From positions 102,922,001 through 102,986,000 of the forward strand of contig NW_024704743.1 of the NCBI RefSeq assembly GCF_018977255.1: 64,000 nucleotides of DNA, written 5' to 3'. This DNA comes from Callorhinchus milii. Taxonomy: Eukaryota. Made by a program: the position numbers and the translations under genes. Shown here piece by piece: positions 27,198 to 39,183 of the stretch. Within the stretch, counting starts at the first letter, position 1. The number at the start of each line of letters is the position of its first letter. Below the pieces are notes generated by a model, which was not told where the DNA came from, ran no database searches, and was given only the letters and a program-made list of their open reading frames with translations.

Positions 27198-28179
27198 AGC
27201 AGAGGGCTGGGTGCACCTGCAGAAGTGAGAAAAGTTGAGCAACTAAGCAGTAAGTTGTGGGGTCAGAAAATAGTTAGGGCTAAGCAAGACACTGAGATTT
27301 TGCACAAGTTCTATGAGGTGGAGTGAGCATCTGTACAGGTCAATACGGTCACCGCAAAAAGTGACAAGGAGCTGATAAGGACAAGGAGCATTAACATTCA
27401 ACTGAAGCAAATTAGGGCTGATCCAGGACTTGATATCTGGCAGGCAGCTTACTTACCACTTTGTCACTGTCTTAAACAGAATTAAATATTCATTTATATC
27501 AGTTGCCTCGGCAGGACGTCCTCTGTTCTGTTGTCTGTTTTGTTACTTTTTAGTTATAACAGAGAACAAGCATAATTCAGACTACTTTGTAATCCACCTG
27601 TAGTCATCCTATAAATCTGTACTGCACAAGATTTATGTTGATTGGATAGCAGTCACTGAGCCAAGATATAAGAAATAGTTAGTGTCTTTAGCATAACTCC
27701 CAGTATAGAAAGGAATTCCAGGCACTGCAGTATAAACAAAGTTGAGCTGAGAAAAATCTCACTGGTGACTCAGTAGATTCAGCACCATGCTTCACTTCAA
27801 GCCTTTACAAATCTTGATAATTCTTTCGTTGTTCAGACACTCAATTGCATATTATATATCAGAATTTAACTTAAATATGCATTGTTTTCCAACTGGTGAG
27901 AGTTTTCCTGCAGGGCACCTGTTTAATTCACTATCAATACTTAAAACATCATTTAATTTAGATGAGATTTCATGGAATAATAATAATTCTTAAATTTGAT
28001 ATAACGTCTTAACACATCATCAAAATATCTCAAAAGTTTGCAGGGATTTTTACTGTGAAATGTCGTGACTGTGTATGGCTCATATCGTCTGAGGTGATCA
28101 ATGTTATATTCTGATTCTCATTAGGGAATGGTATTGGCTTCTCACACAAATTTTAACAGCAACTGAAATAAATCTATAG

Positions 28180-28672
28180 ATTGTTGGTCAAAGCTTATTT
28201 AGAAACTTTGTCCAGGTTTGGTCACCTCACTTCAGACAGGATGTTACGGCCAGAGATGGTGCAGAGGAGATTTACTGGGATCATATTAGGGTTGAGTGAC
28301 TTGACTAATGAGCAGAAAGTGGAGAAAGAACTCATTAGGAAAGATATCTTCGTGTGCAGCACAGGAATGTCTTCATTAGGAAAGAGAAGGTGGAGGGGAG
28401 ACCTGACAGAGGTCGTGAAAATTATCAGTAGTTTAATAATGTTCATATGGATAAATTATTTCTACTCGTACGTGAGTCGGTGATTTAAGGGCATCAATTT
28501 AAAATAGTTAGCAAGGTAGTAAAGGAGATTAGGATACGTGCCCCAATGATCCAGGCAGGATTCATCCTAGCTTTCAAGAGCGAACTAGATAGTTATCTAA
28601 AGAGGAATAATCTGAAGGGGTTGTTGGGAAACGCAAGTAAATAGAATTCTTTCAAACAGCCAGCAGAGACAC
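28180..28672 (+). mobile_element. CR1 LINE 3' fragment, old
   Basis: EMVQRRFT and RRWRGDLTEV motifs. Confidence 0.8.
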
Positions 28673-30789
28673 AATAATAATAATAATCCTTGCATTTGAT
28701 ATAGTGCCTTATCACGTTTTTGAGACATCTCAAAGCGCTTCACAGAATAAACCGCAAAGTGAATTGACTATATTTTGTGGGCAAAGCGTGGTAGCCAATT
28801 GCGCATTGCACAATGAGTGAAATAGCTTTCTTCATTCTTTCTATGGTTTCTATGGAAATATTTCTCATCTTTGACTTCAGATGTTTCATTCATACAGCCA
28901 TTCATTTTAGTCACATTCTCAGAATCTCTAATAAAGACAAATATTTCTGAAATAGTTATACTTTGTTTAAGCGTGGCATTGACATTTCACTGCATTTGAA
29001 TCCAGGGAATTCATAGTCAAGCTGACAGAGATAGATCAGTATGTCTGGCTTCAGACCAAACAACTGTGCTGTAGTTGAATGGGGTGGGGGTGACGTCACG
29101 TGTCTTGGACCATGATTTTCTTCAATGCAATCATTATCTGATGGTTATATTATCAAATGCTTCTGGGACGCTACCCTGAGTGAGGGGTGCTATATAAATG
29201 CAAGTTGTTGGTTGTTATTATTCACTCCATGGCTGTTTTGGAACGTTGCTGTGCACAAAACAGTCTGTGCACAATATTATTTGCCACATTTGCCTACAGT
29301 AATTCCATTGAAGTGCTTTGAGATATTTTGACTGCGTGATAAGGTCCTTTATGAAATGCAAGATAGAATTATTATTGTTATATTTCACTCAATACAGGTT
29401 CCTTCTTCCCCCAGAGGATAGCAACTATATTTTATAGCAGCTTGATTTTGCTTTCACGCTTCCTTTCCTGCTGCCCTTTTGGTTAGGTATTCTCACACTA
29501 TAGAGCATGCAAATGTTTTCATCACATTCAAATGTCAGATGAACAGAGAGTAAGTAGTAAGAACATAAAACACAAATCATGCCACTGTATTAGGCTGACT
29601 TGAAATGATAAGGAACATCGTAAAATTAAGTTTTTTTTTTCCTTTTAATTTGTATCTATCCAGATGGAATTCTGTTCCCAGCTGAATTTGGAAATAATCA
29701 TGTGCATACTGTTCTCCAGGGCAAAACAATCTAAAAATTGCTTCAAATTATTCAAATAAGCATGAAATCTAATTATACTATATATGGCACCTGGTTAATT
29801 TGTAACCATTTCCTTCTGGAACTTAGCAGAACATAGTCCTTGGATAAACTAAATGCAAACACAGTGAGATATCTTTTTTTAAAAAGCCTCAAATGATACT
29901 TAAGGACATGTTTACTTGTAAGAACACTAAGCATCATTGCTCTGAGCAGTCTGACTTATGTGTTTCACTCCATATTCTAATGCTGATGTAACGTTGAACA
30001 TTTTTATTTGCACATAATTTTACATTTGAAACCTGAAGTGCAGAACTCCGAAATTAGGGATCAGGTTTTCCCAATTATGCCCTATCCTACTATGATGCTT
30101 GCCTTCTACTGGTACAAGGTAGGATGGGATCTCCCAAGTTGTCATTACTCAAGATGCCAATTTTTATTCTGCTGATAGAAGAAAAATTGTATCTGAATGA
30201 GATGAAGAAAGCTGTCAAATTGCCTATACTCTTCAGAGATATGTTAATTCAACTCACAAAACTAACTCATACAGAGGCATTCATAATAATAGATTTGAGT
30301 AATTAATGTCCTGTGTCTAATCGATATCCCCACAGATCAAATCATGTGATATAGCCTTCCTTTATTATTCACAACAACTTAAATGAGTAGCTAACACTAC
30401 TAACTGATCATTCCACCCAACACTAAGTACAACAAAACAAAATGATTGCGACTAATCATTATGGACACCATCATTCTTCTTGTCAGAGTCGCATCTTGAG
30501 GTGCAGTATAAATCTGGATTGAGCAGCTTGATTTAAAACTGAATGACAATGAAACATTGTGGGTTAGACAACAGAAGGGAAGCTGAAAACTGAGTAAACT
30601 GTGGGGGAGAGAGTCCAGACTGATTTGTGGCTTACAGACACTCTTAAAGGTAAAGTCAGGTACAGTTGGATATAGTCGGACAAAGCCAGGAGTGTGAATG
30701 CCTTGCCACACCTTCCATCACTATTGCATATTCCCCAAAATCAATGTGATTTACCCACAAATGTACAGTGTTAACTTATTATTCTTGTC

Positions 30790-31380
30790 TTTTTCAAGGA
30801 AAACAAGACCAGCTTCTTAACCTTTTCTTGTTGCTTACATTTCTGATACCTGGAACCATCTTCTGTGCCTTCCCAAAGGTAATAGCATTATTCCTACAAT
30901 TAAATGACTAGAGCCACATCTGGTTCTCCTGATGGTATATACTATTCTCCAAATGGTATAAGTCTTATCCAATATTTTATTTTTGTTTTTTTACTGCATT
31001 TAAACCACTGTGTTTCAAAGATTTATCCACAGGAACTATGTGATCTCTTTGCTATCAATATGTTACATGACTTCCTCTTTTGAGATTTGTTTCCAACTAA
31101 TTGTTTTTCACATGCTTGTCATATTTAAGGGCACCTTTGCCCTCATTATCTATAAGATCTATATTTTACTCCATTGTTCACCATTATTTGGACCTCCTCT
31201 TCAAGTCATTAACATAAGAAAATAAAAAGGTTCCAAGACTGACTCTTGTGGTTCATTGTTGAGTTGTAATCTTTCTTTTCAAACTTGAGAAGTTCCATCT
31301 GTTTTCTATTTGAAGAAAGTTATCCATCTAGTTCCACACTTTATTGCTATCCTCCACATTAAGCATTAACCTCTCTTCTG
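30790..31380 (-). mobile_element. Highly degenerate CR1 RT fragment
   Basis: aggttccaagactgactcttgtgg encodes a PQESVLEP-like motif on the minus strand; remnants of the downstream RT C-terminus. Confidence 0.5.
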
Positions 31381-31775
31381 TCCTTAGGTGAACGTTAGAA
31401 ATCCCTTTACACTATTCAAAAAAACAAAGGAGTTTCTCCTGGTGTTCTGGCCAAAAATTCCTCAAATAAAATTGGTTGTTCACTTCATGACTGTTTATGA
31501 CACACATTGTTGCACACAAATTGACTGCTGTGTTGGCCGACACATAGTCACTACATTTCAAGTAAAATCCCATGAAGCACTTTGAGATGCCACCGATGAT
31601 GTAATCAGGCGCTGTACCAATTGTCAAGTACCAAGTTACAATTTATATTTACACGAGCTGTACCCACCCGTTGCAGCTTCGCTTGCAACCAAAGGATCCA
31701 ATATGGAATGTAGGATGACACACAGACAGACACACAGGAGACATTACATCTTCATTAGTATGGATTAGGGAGAGG

Positions 31776-31926
31776 GGGAGGGACTCAACCCCAGAGAGGG
31801 AGGGACTCAACCCCAGAGAGGGAGGGACTCAACCCCAGAGAGGGAGGGACTCAACCCCAGAGAGGGAGGGGCTCAACCCCAAAGAGGGAGGGGCTCAACC
31901 CCAGAGAGGGAGGGGCTAAACCCCAG
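31776..31926. repeat. Minisatellite, 22-bp unit GGGAGGGACTCAACCCCAGAGA, about 7 copies
   Basis: Units start at 31776, 31798, 31820, 31842, 31864, 31886 and 31908. The last three carry an A>G variant. Confidence 0.95.
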
Positions 31927-32025
31927 CCCAGGGTGAGGCCTCAATGCGAGCCTCAGGCTTCACCCTCCCTGGCAAGTCGCTGTTAGGCCGCGGGACGGAG
32001 GAACCTAAAAACCCTACGGCCTTAC

Positions 32026-32148
32026 GGAGCCAACCATCACCCGCCACCGGCCCAACTCCGACATGGTGCTGCCCAGGATCAGCAGGAAAAGCAGCTGAAC
32101 GGCTGGCATCGCCGCCCCTCGAGGTAACATCCACCTCACCATCACCAT
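32026..32148 (-). pseudogene. Captured first coding exon with signal peptide, TMEM87 (A/B)-like: MVMVRWMLPRGAAMPAVQLLFLLILGSTMSELGRWRVMVGS
   Basis: Strong Kozak context AACAAGATGG, 41 uninterrupted codons, hydrophobic core VQLLFLLILG, phase-0 donor TCC|gtaagg. The C-terminal ELGRWRVMVGS aligns with the recalled end of TMEM87B exon 1 (AVPELGLWLETVND). Confidence 0.6.
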
Positions 32149-32285
32149 CTTGTTCCCGCCACTTGGCTTTGCTTGAGTGCGAGCTGCATGCGTGCTCTGT
32201 GACCCATGATGCCACAGCGTCACTGGGAGTCGGTGCGGCCACCAGATGTAACTGCAGCGTGAATGTAACTTCCATACATGTGTGA
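32141..32285 (-). promoter_or_regulatory. Putative captured CpG-island promoter/5' UTR fragment
   Basis: GC/CpG-rich patch in an otherwise CpG-poor intron. YY1-like AAGATGG(T)G at the start codon and NRF1-like GCACGCATGCAG (32184-32195), both consistent with CpG-decayed housekeeping promoter motifs. Confidence 0.4.
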
Positions 32286-32477
32286 TGAGCTTTTTTTTAA
32301 TATAGCTCATCAATGATAGGAGATTCCCAGGGGGAAAAAAAAATGCTACTCTACCCTGCAAGACCTTTCTGGTGAGGTATAAATCATGTCTCTACATCAA
32401 TCAGTTCTTAAGTTCTTAGGGGACACACAGACAGACACACAGAAATGATGTCTTTAGTAGTATAGGTAGAAGAAAGA

Positions 32478-32890
32478 TAGTGCTTTTCATCTGACTGGGA
32501 GCCTGAGTGGGGGTGGGGGAAGGGAGGAGAGAAGATGACTAAAGAATGGTGGAAAAGGTCTTTAAGCAGGTTTTGAGGGTTTTTACAGGTCATACAGGGA
32601 TATGAAGTTGTTTGCTGAGCAGAGAGAGGGTGCAGGCAGGAGGGTTGCAGGAAGTCACAAAGGTAGGGTAGATTAAGGCCAGTGAGGATATCAAGCATCT
32701 TAATGTCATCTTTCTACATCTCAATATCAACAGGACATGGGTATATAGAAAGTTAGAACTCATTCAGAACTTGTTTGACAGACAATCAGTCAGAAAAGCA
32801 GTGATCCTGGAATCGAGGATAGTGTCAAGAGTGATGGAGTTGGGTGTCATCTGCATACATGCCTGGGGATGATGTCACCAAGGGGGATTT
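32478..32890 (-). mobile_element. Old L2 fragment whose tail is the Helitron target site
   Basis: tagtgcttttcat tail remnant, purine-rich body, gggtgtcatctgcatacat (MYADDT) at about 32842. Confidence 0.7.
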
Positions 32891-34077
32891 AGATATTGAG
32901 TTCCTTAGATTATATGAAATTTCTCTACGCACAGTGACTTCATCTAATCCTAGTAGCATAAAGTCCCGAGGAACAGATTATCTCCATTTAACTTCTATTG
33001 AGATTATTTATGTAAGGCACTGCTGCAAGGCTGTTCCTTGCCTTCAGCTTAGCCTTAGAATAGGCTCTTCCCCACACATCTCACAATTACCTTCCCACTC
33101 TCAGTCTAGGTACATTGAGAGCTTTAGTTCCAGCTCCCTTTTGCTGCATTAAGAAACCTGTTAATGTGGGATTTTAGTTTCCGATGTTGGGGCCTGCAGT
33201 CTGTACTATCTCAGGAAATCTTTCTTTTTCTTTCAAGTAGTTATGTATATATGCACTCTGATATATTGATGTATTCCGGGGAGGATTTGTATAGGCAATA
33301 GAACTCTGTCATAGAACTCTGTTGTAACACGGGTTCATTTATGGCACAGGTGCCTTGTGGATACATTGCCAAATTCATGTATACTTAAAAAAAGGCCAAC
33401 TGCTGGGTCAATGACAAATGTGATTTGAGCTCTGAATTTACCAGACTGCTTAGTCCTGTAAGGCATGAAGAATGCCCTTGTTATCCAGCCAGTTCATTGT
33501 TTGTCCATAATATGTTAGCTGTATTTTTTTCTCCACATTCTTTTTTCTGAACTAAAGCAACGCATCATCTTTTGGTTAATAGAAGATTCCTGAGAAATTT
33601 ACTGAGTTTAGAATCCTCTGCTTTTACCACAAGTGGAAAATAACCCCCTTAATTTCCAGATTGACATTATAAAAATGTCCAATCATCTTTCCAAGCATGT
33701 ATGGTACTTGTCAAACAGTTGAGGAGTCTGAACACTTAGAGCATAATTTCTGACAGATTCATCTTTCAGCACATAAATTAGTTACGGGTTACACAGGCAA
33801 TAAAACAGGAGATTCATAGGAATGTCGAACCAGGTTTTTAGATTGCAGTAATTGCACATCTTGCCATTATTCAAATTGCACCTCTTAAGATGTAACTTTT
33901 GCAGATTCTTTCCATTTTCCTGAGCAATGAGAATGTTCAACAAACGTCTTTGTATTAACTCTGGCTTAAGTGAGTGTGTACCCAGTGAAAATTGTCAATC
34001 GGCACTTATACTATGATTGGTGTCAGAAATAGAGGTGGTCCTCCACTGAGAGATGAACATTTGGAGGGGAACAATCA

Positions 34078-34808
34078 GTCGTGGCCTAGTTGGTAGCGCT
34101 CTCACCTCTGAGTCAGAATCTTCTGGATTCAAGATGCTTGTTAGGTTTCAAACTCACTGAGTCTAAGCTACAGCAACAACAACTTGGATTTATATAGCAC
34201 CCTCCACCCTGGACGGCGTCTCAGAGCGCTTTACAGTAACGGATCCCGGGACCGAGCCGGGGGAGGGGGAGGAAGGTGACCAAAGGCCCGGTCGAAAAGA
34301 AAAGTCTTCAGCAGAGACCTGAAAATTGGAAGGGAGGGACCGAGACGAAGGGAGTGAGGAAGGGAGTTCCAGAACTTCAGGGCATAGTGGCTGAAGGCAC
34401 GACCGCCGAGCGTGGAGCGGAGGACTCAGGGGACGAGGAGGAGGCCAAACCTGGAGGAACGAAGGCAGCTAACACTCCAATGTGGTATGGGGGGAGTTGG
34501 TTGCATTATTAGAGGTGCCATCCTTTGGATTAGGTGTTAAATCGAGGTCCTGACTGCCTGTTCAGGTTAATGTTAAAGATCCCATGGCACTACTCAAAAA
34601 GAGAAAGGAGTTTCTGCTGGTATTCCTGGCAAACAATCCGCCAAATTAAATTGGTTATTCATTTCATAACTGTTTGTGGAACACTGCTATTGTAAATTGG
34701 GCTACAGCGAATGCCTATAAAAACAGTTAGTCCACTTTACAGTAATTTCTATGAAAGGCTCTGGGATGTGAAACGTGCTACATCAAAGGCAAACATTATT
34801 ATCATTAT
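34078..34808 (+). mobile_element. DeuSINE-like SINE split by an antisense L2 3' fragment (34171-34466)
   Basis: Head, then L2 flanked by candidate TSD AGCTA (34166-34170 and 34467-34471), then core aagatcccatggcact and tail. Confidence 0.82.
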
Positions 34809-36042
34809 AACTAAGATCCAATAGATACAATTTACAAATATATAACACTTTTCATGTCTGGAGGATGTCTCATGGAGAATGCAACTAAATTCTCCATTAA
34901 AACAAAACTGTGCCGCAATCAATCTGTGAAGCAGCTTCTTGAGAATGACATGAAAGTCCATGTGGCAGGAGGGCTTCCTTTCGAATACATTTTCTAAAAT
35001 GTAAGTGTGAGTCGGTGGCACTCAGACCTCTGAATCAGAAGATTGTTGGTTCATACTCGCTTTGGGCATCAGCAAACTCAGTTTCTCAACTGATACTCCA
35101 AAGCTCCACATGGGGAAGGGGGGAAACAAGAGAGTTTCTCCCAATGTCCTGGCCAAGAATTCCCTAAATAAAAAATATAATAATTCATCTCTCTGTCAGT
35201 CTCCATTTAGCAAAGAATTACTTCAGTTTGCTCAGCTTCATCTACTTTCACTGATAGTAAAACTAGTTTGCCCACAAAATGTCAATTCATTTTACAGTGA
35301 ATATTCTGCAAAGTGCTTTGAGATGTCTCAACAATGTGATAAGGCACCATATCATGTGCGAAGATTATTATTATTATTATTAGAGAGCGGGGTAGCGCGA
35401 AGAGGCTACAATTCTATTAGTTTGGGCTGGATTCAAATTCAGATCCCAGAGGTAAAAGGCCAGATTTGCTTTTAATGAAGTAAAGTATCATGTTCCATTT
35501 TCCCTCTCCTTCCCACCCACCCCGCCTCCCCCGAAGGCTTTCAATGATAATAGACATTAAAATCAAATGCTGATGTTTCACTGCAATCATACAGCTGAAA
35601 ATCATTTACTGTCAGTCAGGCCATCTTATTCTCTATGCTGCATGACATCAGGCAATGAACACGGCTGACAGAAGAGGTTACAAATCCCATTTGTGTTTGT
35701 AAGCAGATTTTGAAGCAGGCGTCATTTTAAATAAATTGATGTTAGCATATTTTATAATAAATGATTAAAGATTCTATCTAAATTAGGTATGATTTGGTAA
35801 TTTTCCTACTGTGTCATTTCTGTTTCCAATTAAAAATGTAGTCTGGTTAAATTGAGATAATAACAGTAAAGTAAATTCTGTTATTCTGACAGCATATAGA
35901 GTGGAGGCACTGCTTAAACAATAAGCCCACACTAAACCATAAGGAACATAAGGAATTCTAACCTCGGCCGGGTTAAGTGATCTCAATCAGAACAGTGGTT
36001 AAGTGTACTGCAGTTGGATTTAATGCCCTAGTATAAGGGGAA

Positions 36043-36190
36043 GGGCTCAGGATCTTACTTGTAGCTTGGGAAAATGCTCCAAGATGTTATCCTATGTGAA
36101 AGGCACTATATAAATGGGCTCAGGATCTTACTTGTAGCTTGGGAAAATACTCCAAGATGTTATCCTATGTGAAAGGCACTATATAAATGG
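36043..36190. repeat. Direct tandem duplication, 73-bp unit x2
   Basis: Copies start at 36043 and 36116, with one mismatch (aaatgctc vs aaatactc). Confidence 0.95.
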
Positions 36191-36312
36191 AAGTTCTGAT
36201 ACACCTGATCACTATCCACCAACACATTTTTTAGAAAGTGCCTGTGTGTGGACATTGTGTGAGAAAAATATTAGGCTTGGCTGTGATGCATGCCTCCACA
36301 GTCATTCAGAGG

Positions 36313-36826
36313 GTGTCAACCTGACTCAGTTGATTGCACGCTCATCTCTAAGTCAGAAGCCTGTGAATTCCATGCCCAATGCCTTAACTTGAACTCACAT
36401 TCTAGGTTGACACTCCAATACAGTGCTGCCGAAGAACTGCTTTGTTGGAGGTGACAAGGTCATGTCTCCCTGCTCAGGTGAACGATAAAGATTCATGACA
36501 TTAGTAGAAAAGAGAAGGAAATTTCCTCCCAGTATCCTGGCCAATAATCCTCTTGGTAAAATTGGTCTTTCATTTCCTGGCTGTTTGTAGTTCATTGCTG
36601 GGCACAAAATTAGCTACGTATTCACCTACACAATACTCAGTCACTACAACAACAAAAACATTTACATTTATATAGCACCCTTCATGCGGGATAGAATCTT
36701 GGAGCACTACTCTGTGTGGAGTATGTGCAGCTACTGAAAACTACACCTTGCAGTAAATCCTGTGAACCATTTTGACACATTCTCCCGATATGAAAGGGTC
36801 TATATTAAATGCAAGGATTATTATTG
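36313..36826 (+). mobile_element. DeuSINE-like SINE with an antisense L2 tail insert near 36647-36710
   Basis: Head gtgtcaacctgactcagttg, partial core, tail aaatgcaaggattattatt. Confidence 0.7.
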
Positions 36827-37220
36827 TTCATTGGCAGTGATTGAATGAGCTCACATATTCACAACTGGCATCAATGAAACCATAAACCCAGAAAAAAACT
36901 TCAGTTTCAGCAGAGAAGAATGGGAGGTAATTGGAAAAAGAAAGAGGCAAGGGGTTGATCAGAAAAGTTGTCAAACCTGCTACTCTGCATTATTTCTTGA
37001 AATGTCCAATAAATCATTAGTTTATCTTTTTAGTGACATGTATAATAAATCAAAGGCATTTATACTATATAAAGAATGTACATTTTCATTCATTTACACC
37101 ACAGTGTTGTGGCACTTTTAACTCTCATACTGCTCTTTTGGAAATGTAGTCAAACAACCCATTTTGACAGATGGAACCAGCTTGAATACAAGTATTCTCT
37201 GTATATTTGGGATAAGTTTA

Positions 37221-37525
37221 GGAGTCCTGTAGCTCAGTGGTTAGAGCACTCGCCTTGCAAGTGAGAGACCTGGCTTTGCTTCCTGGCAGGGCGAAACCTT
37301 GGGCAAGTTTCCTGTATCCACACGCCTGATTATAATCCTTCAAATAAAAACAATAATAAAATTGTTCACTTCAATCCACCACTGTTTGTGGGACACTGCT
37401 GTGCGCAATCGGCTGCCATGTTTCACCCACAAATATACAGTCAATCCACTTTACAGTCTATGCTGTGCAGCACTTTGAGACGTCTAGAAGACGTGTAAAA
37501 GCATTATATCAAATGCAAAGATTAA
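37221..37525 (+). mobile_element. tRNA-derived SINE, short subfamily, full length
   Basis: Head GGAGTCCTGTAGCTCAGTGGTTAGAGC through tail atatcaaatgcaaagatt. Confidence 0.9.
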
Positions 37526-37569
37526 TTTTTAAAATATATTTAAAAGTCCATGATTTCAATTCATACAAG

Positions 37570-38190
37570 AACCACAACAAATGGAGCAGGCAGATGAGTA
37601 GAGTTTAAGAAGTTCGCAGAGGTAGTGGTGCAGGGCCATGGAGGGCTTTAAAAGTGAGGACGAGGATCCTGAACTCCATTTGCTGGGGGATTGGGAGCCA
37701 ATGATGCTGAGCAAATATGGGGTGAAAGGCTTGCGGAGCATAGTGCAGGAGAGGACATGAGCTGCAGAGTTCTGGGTGGTCTACAGCTTGGGAGAGATGA
37801 GTTGAGAAGTCTGTTCAGATGAAGTACGTGTCCATATGTGTGTGTTTGTATGAGCGGGGTGGGGATGGGGGAGGTGGTAGGAGAAGCACACCTTTGACTG
37901 AGCATTAACAACAACAACAACAAGATTCCATTTATTGAGCGCCTTTCACGTCGGGAGGACGTCCCAAGGCGCTGTACAGTTGGGTCAGGACCCGAGCAGA
38001 GGGGAAATGGTCAGGGTGAGGGGAGGGAAGGGAGGGAGCGAGGAGGGGTAGAGAGTCGAGAGGGGAGCTGAAGGCACGGTCAAAGAGAAAGGTCTTGAGA
38101 CCGGCCTTGAAGGAGGAAAGGGAGGAAGCAAGGCGAAGGCACTGGGGGATGGAGTTCCAGAGCCTCGGGGCTGAGAGGCTGAAGGACCGT
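37570..38190 (-). mobile_element. Two adjacent L2 fragments (old 37570-37900; young 3' end 37908-38190)
   Basis: The young copy has a (CAA)n tail and a 3' UTR matching 7146-7376. Confidence 0.85.
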
Positions 38191-39183
38191 AATATTATCA
38201 GTGATAATTATCACATCTTACAAGCTTCACCCAAATAATTCAGTTCCATAAGGCATCATCCTGGCTAAGTTAGTAACACTTTTGCCTATGACAAAAGACA
38301 GTGGATGAAAACCCAGTTCTCCAAATCTTTCTGTAATTCTTTTAAAAAAAAGTGAAAATGACCAGATTCTTAAATTATTCATATATTTACATATAATATA
38401 GTTTCTATTTATACATCCTTTTTCTGGAGAATAATGGTTGATTGTAGAAAAATAATTAAGTCGGAAAGAAATCACTTAAAAAGAGACAGCAACCTCTCCT
38501 GGTCAGAGGGCCACTAAAGAACATCAAAGGATTATTTACAATGTAGCTTTTATTAAAAAAAACACTTTATAGGATCTTCGCATCATTTCCAAAGAAAACA
38601 TAATAACATTACAATTTTTGCTTCTCCTTGGATACAACACTCCAGTGTATAAAGGGAAAAAACATCTGGAGGTTATTCAGTCTCCCACCAAACACAGTCA
38701 CAAACCAACAAGACAAAATCCTATCTCCCCAGTCCTTTTTTTAAAAATAAAATCCCACCACAGAACTGGTTAGGTTATACCACAGATAAAAATGCAAAAC
38801 TTGTGTTTCATGAAATACAGGAGCAATCTGTTCGGTATTTTGCATTCCTGAGCCTGCTTGAGAGTTAGTTCATGCCATGCAAACCACTGAGAGAACAGGG
38901 GAAGGCCATTCAGCCATTGAATCTGCTCCAAAGGTTAAGTGTAAATTGCATTGTATTACATCGCAGCAGATCTTTCTACTTTGACTTTTCTCTATACCCC
39001 TAAATATCTTAATTTCCCAAGTCTGTATGTCTGGTCTGTTTGCCTTTTAAACAACCCAGTTTGTTTTGGCCTCCAGTGCACATTTTCACAGCCCTCTGTG
39101 TAAAGACCCTGTCTCACTAATATTGCAGAGTTTACAGTACAGGAATCGAAGCCAACTCACTCCTTTTTACTGATCTAATAGTG

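Larger units (their letters stand above)
31654..32477 (-). mobile_element. Composite non-autonomous Helitron-like element (824 bp) with captured gene fragment
   Basis: Minus strand starts TCTTTCTTCTACCTATACTACTAAAG followed by GTCT/GTGT microsatellite. It ends with hairpin GTTGCAAGCGAAGCTGCAAC then GGGTGGGTACAGCTCG. It is flanked by host A and T with no TSD, and removing it rejoins a retroposon tail (tttatatttaca|tagtgcttttcat). Confidence 0.8.

Noticed and set aside
31776..31926. CRISPR-like array
   Set aside because: Head-to-tail repeats with no unique spacers, in a vertebrate intron.
31916..32285. ORFs 31944..32285(+) and 31916..32275(-) as genes
   Set aside because: Overlapping open frames are expected in GC-rich cargo. 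Only the frame with a Kozak ATG, signal peptide and donor is supported.
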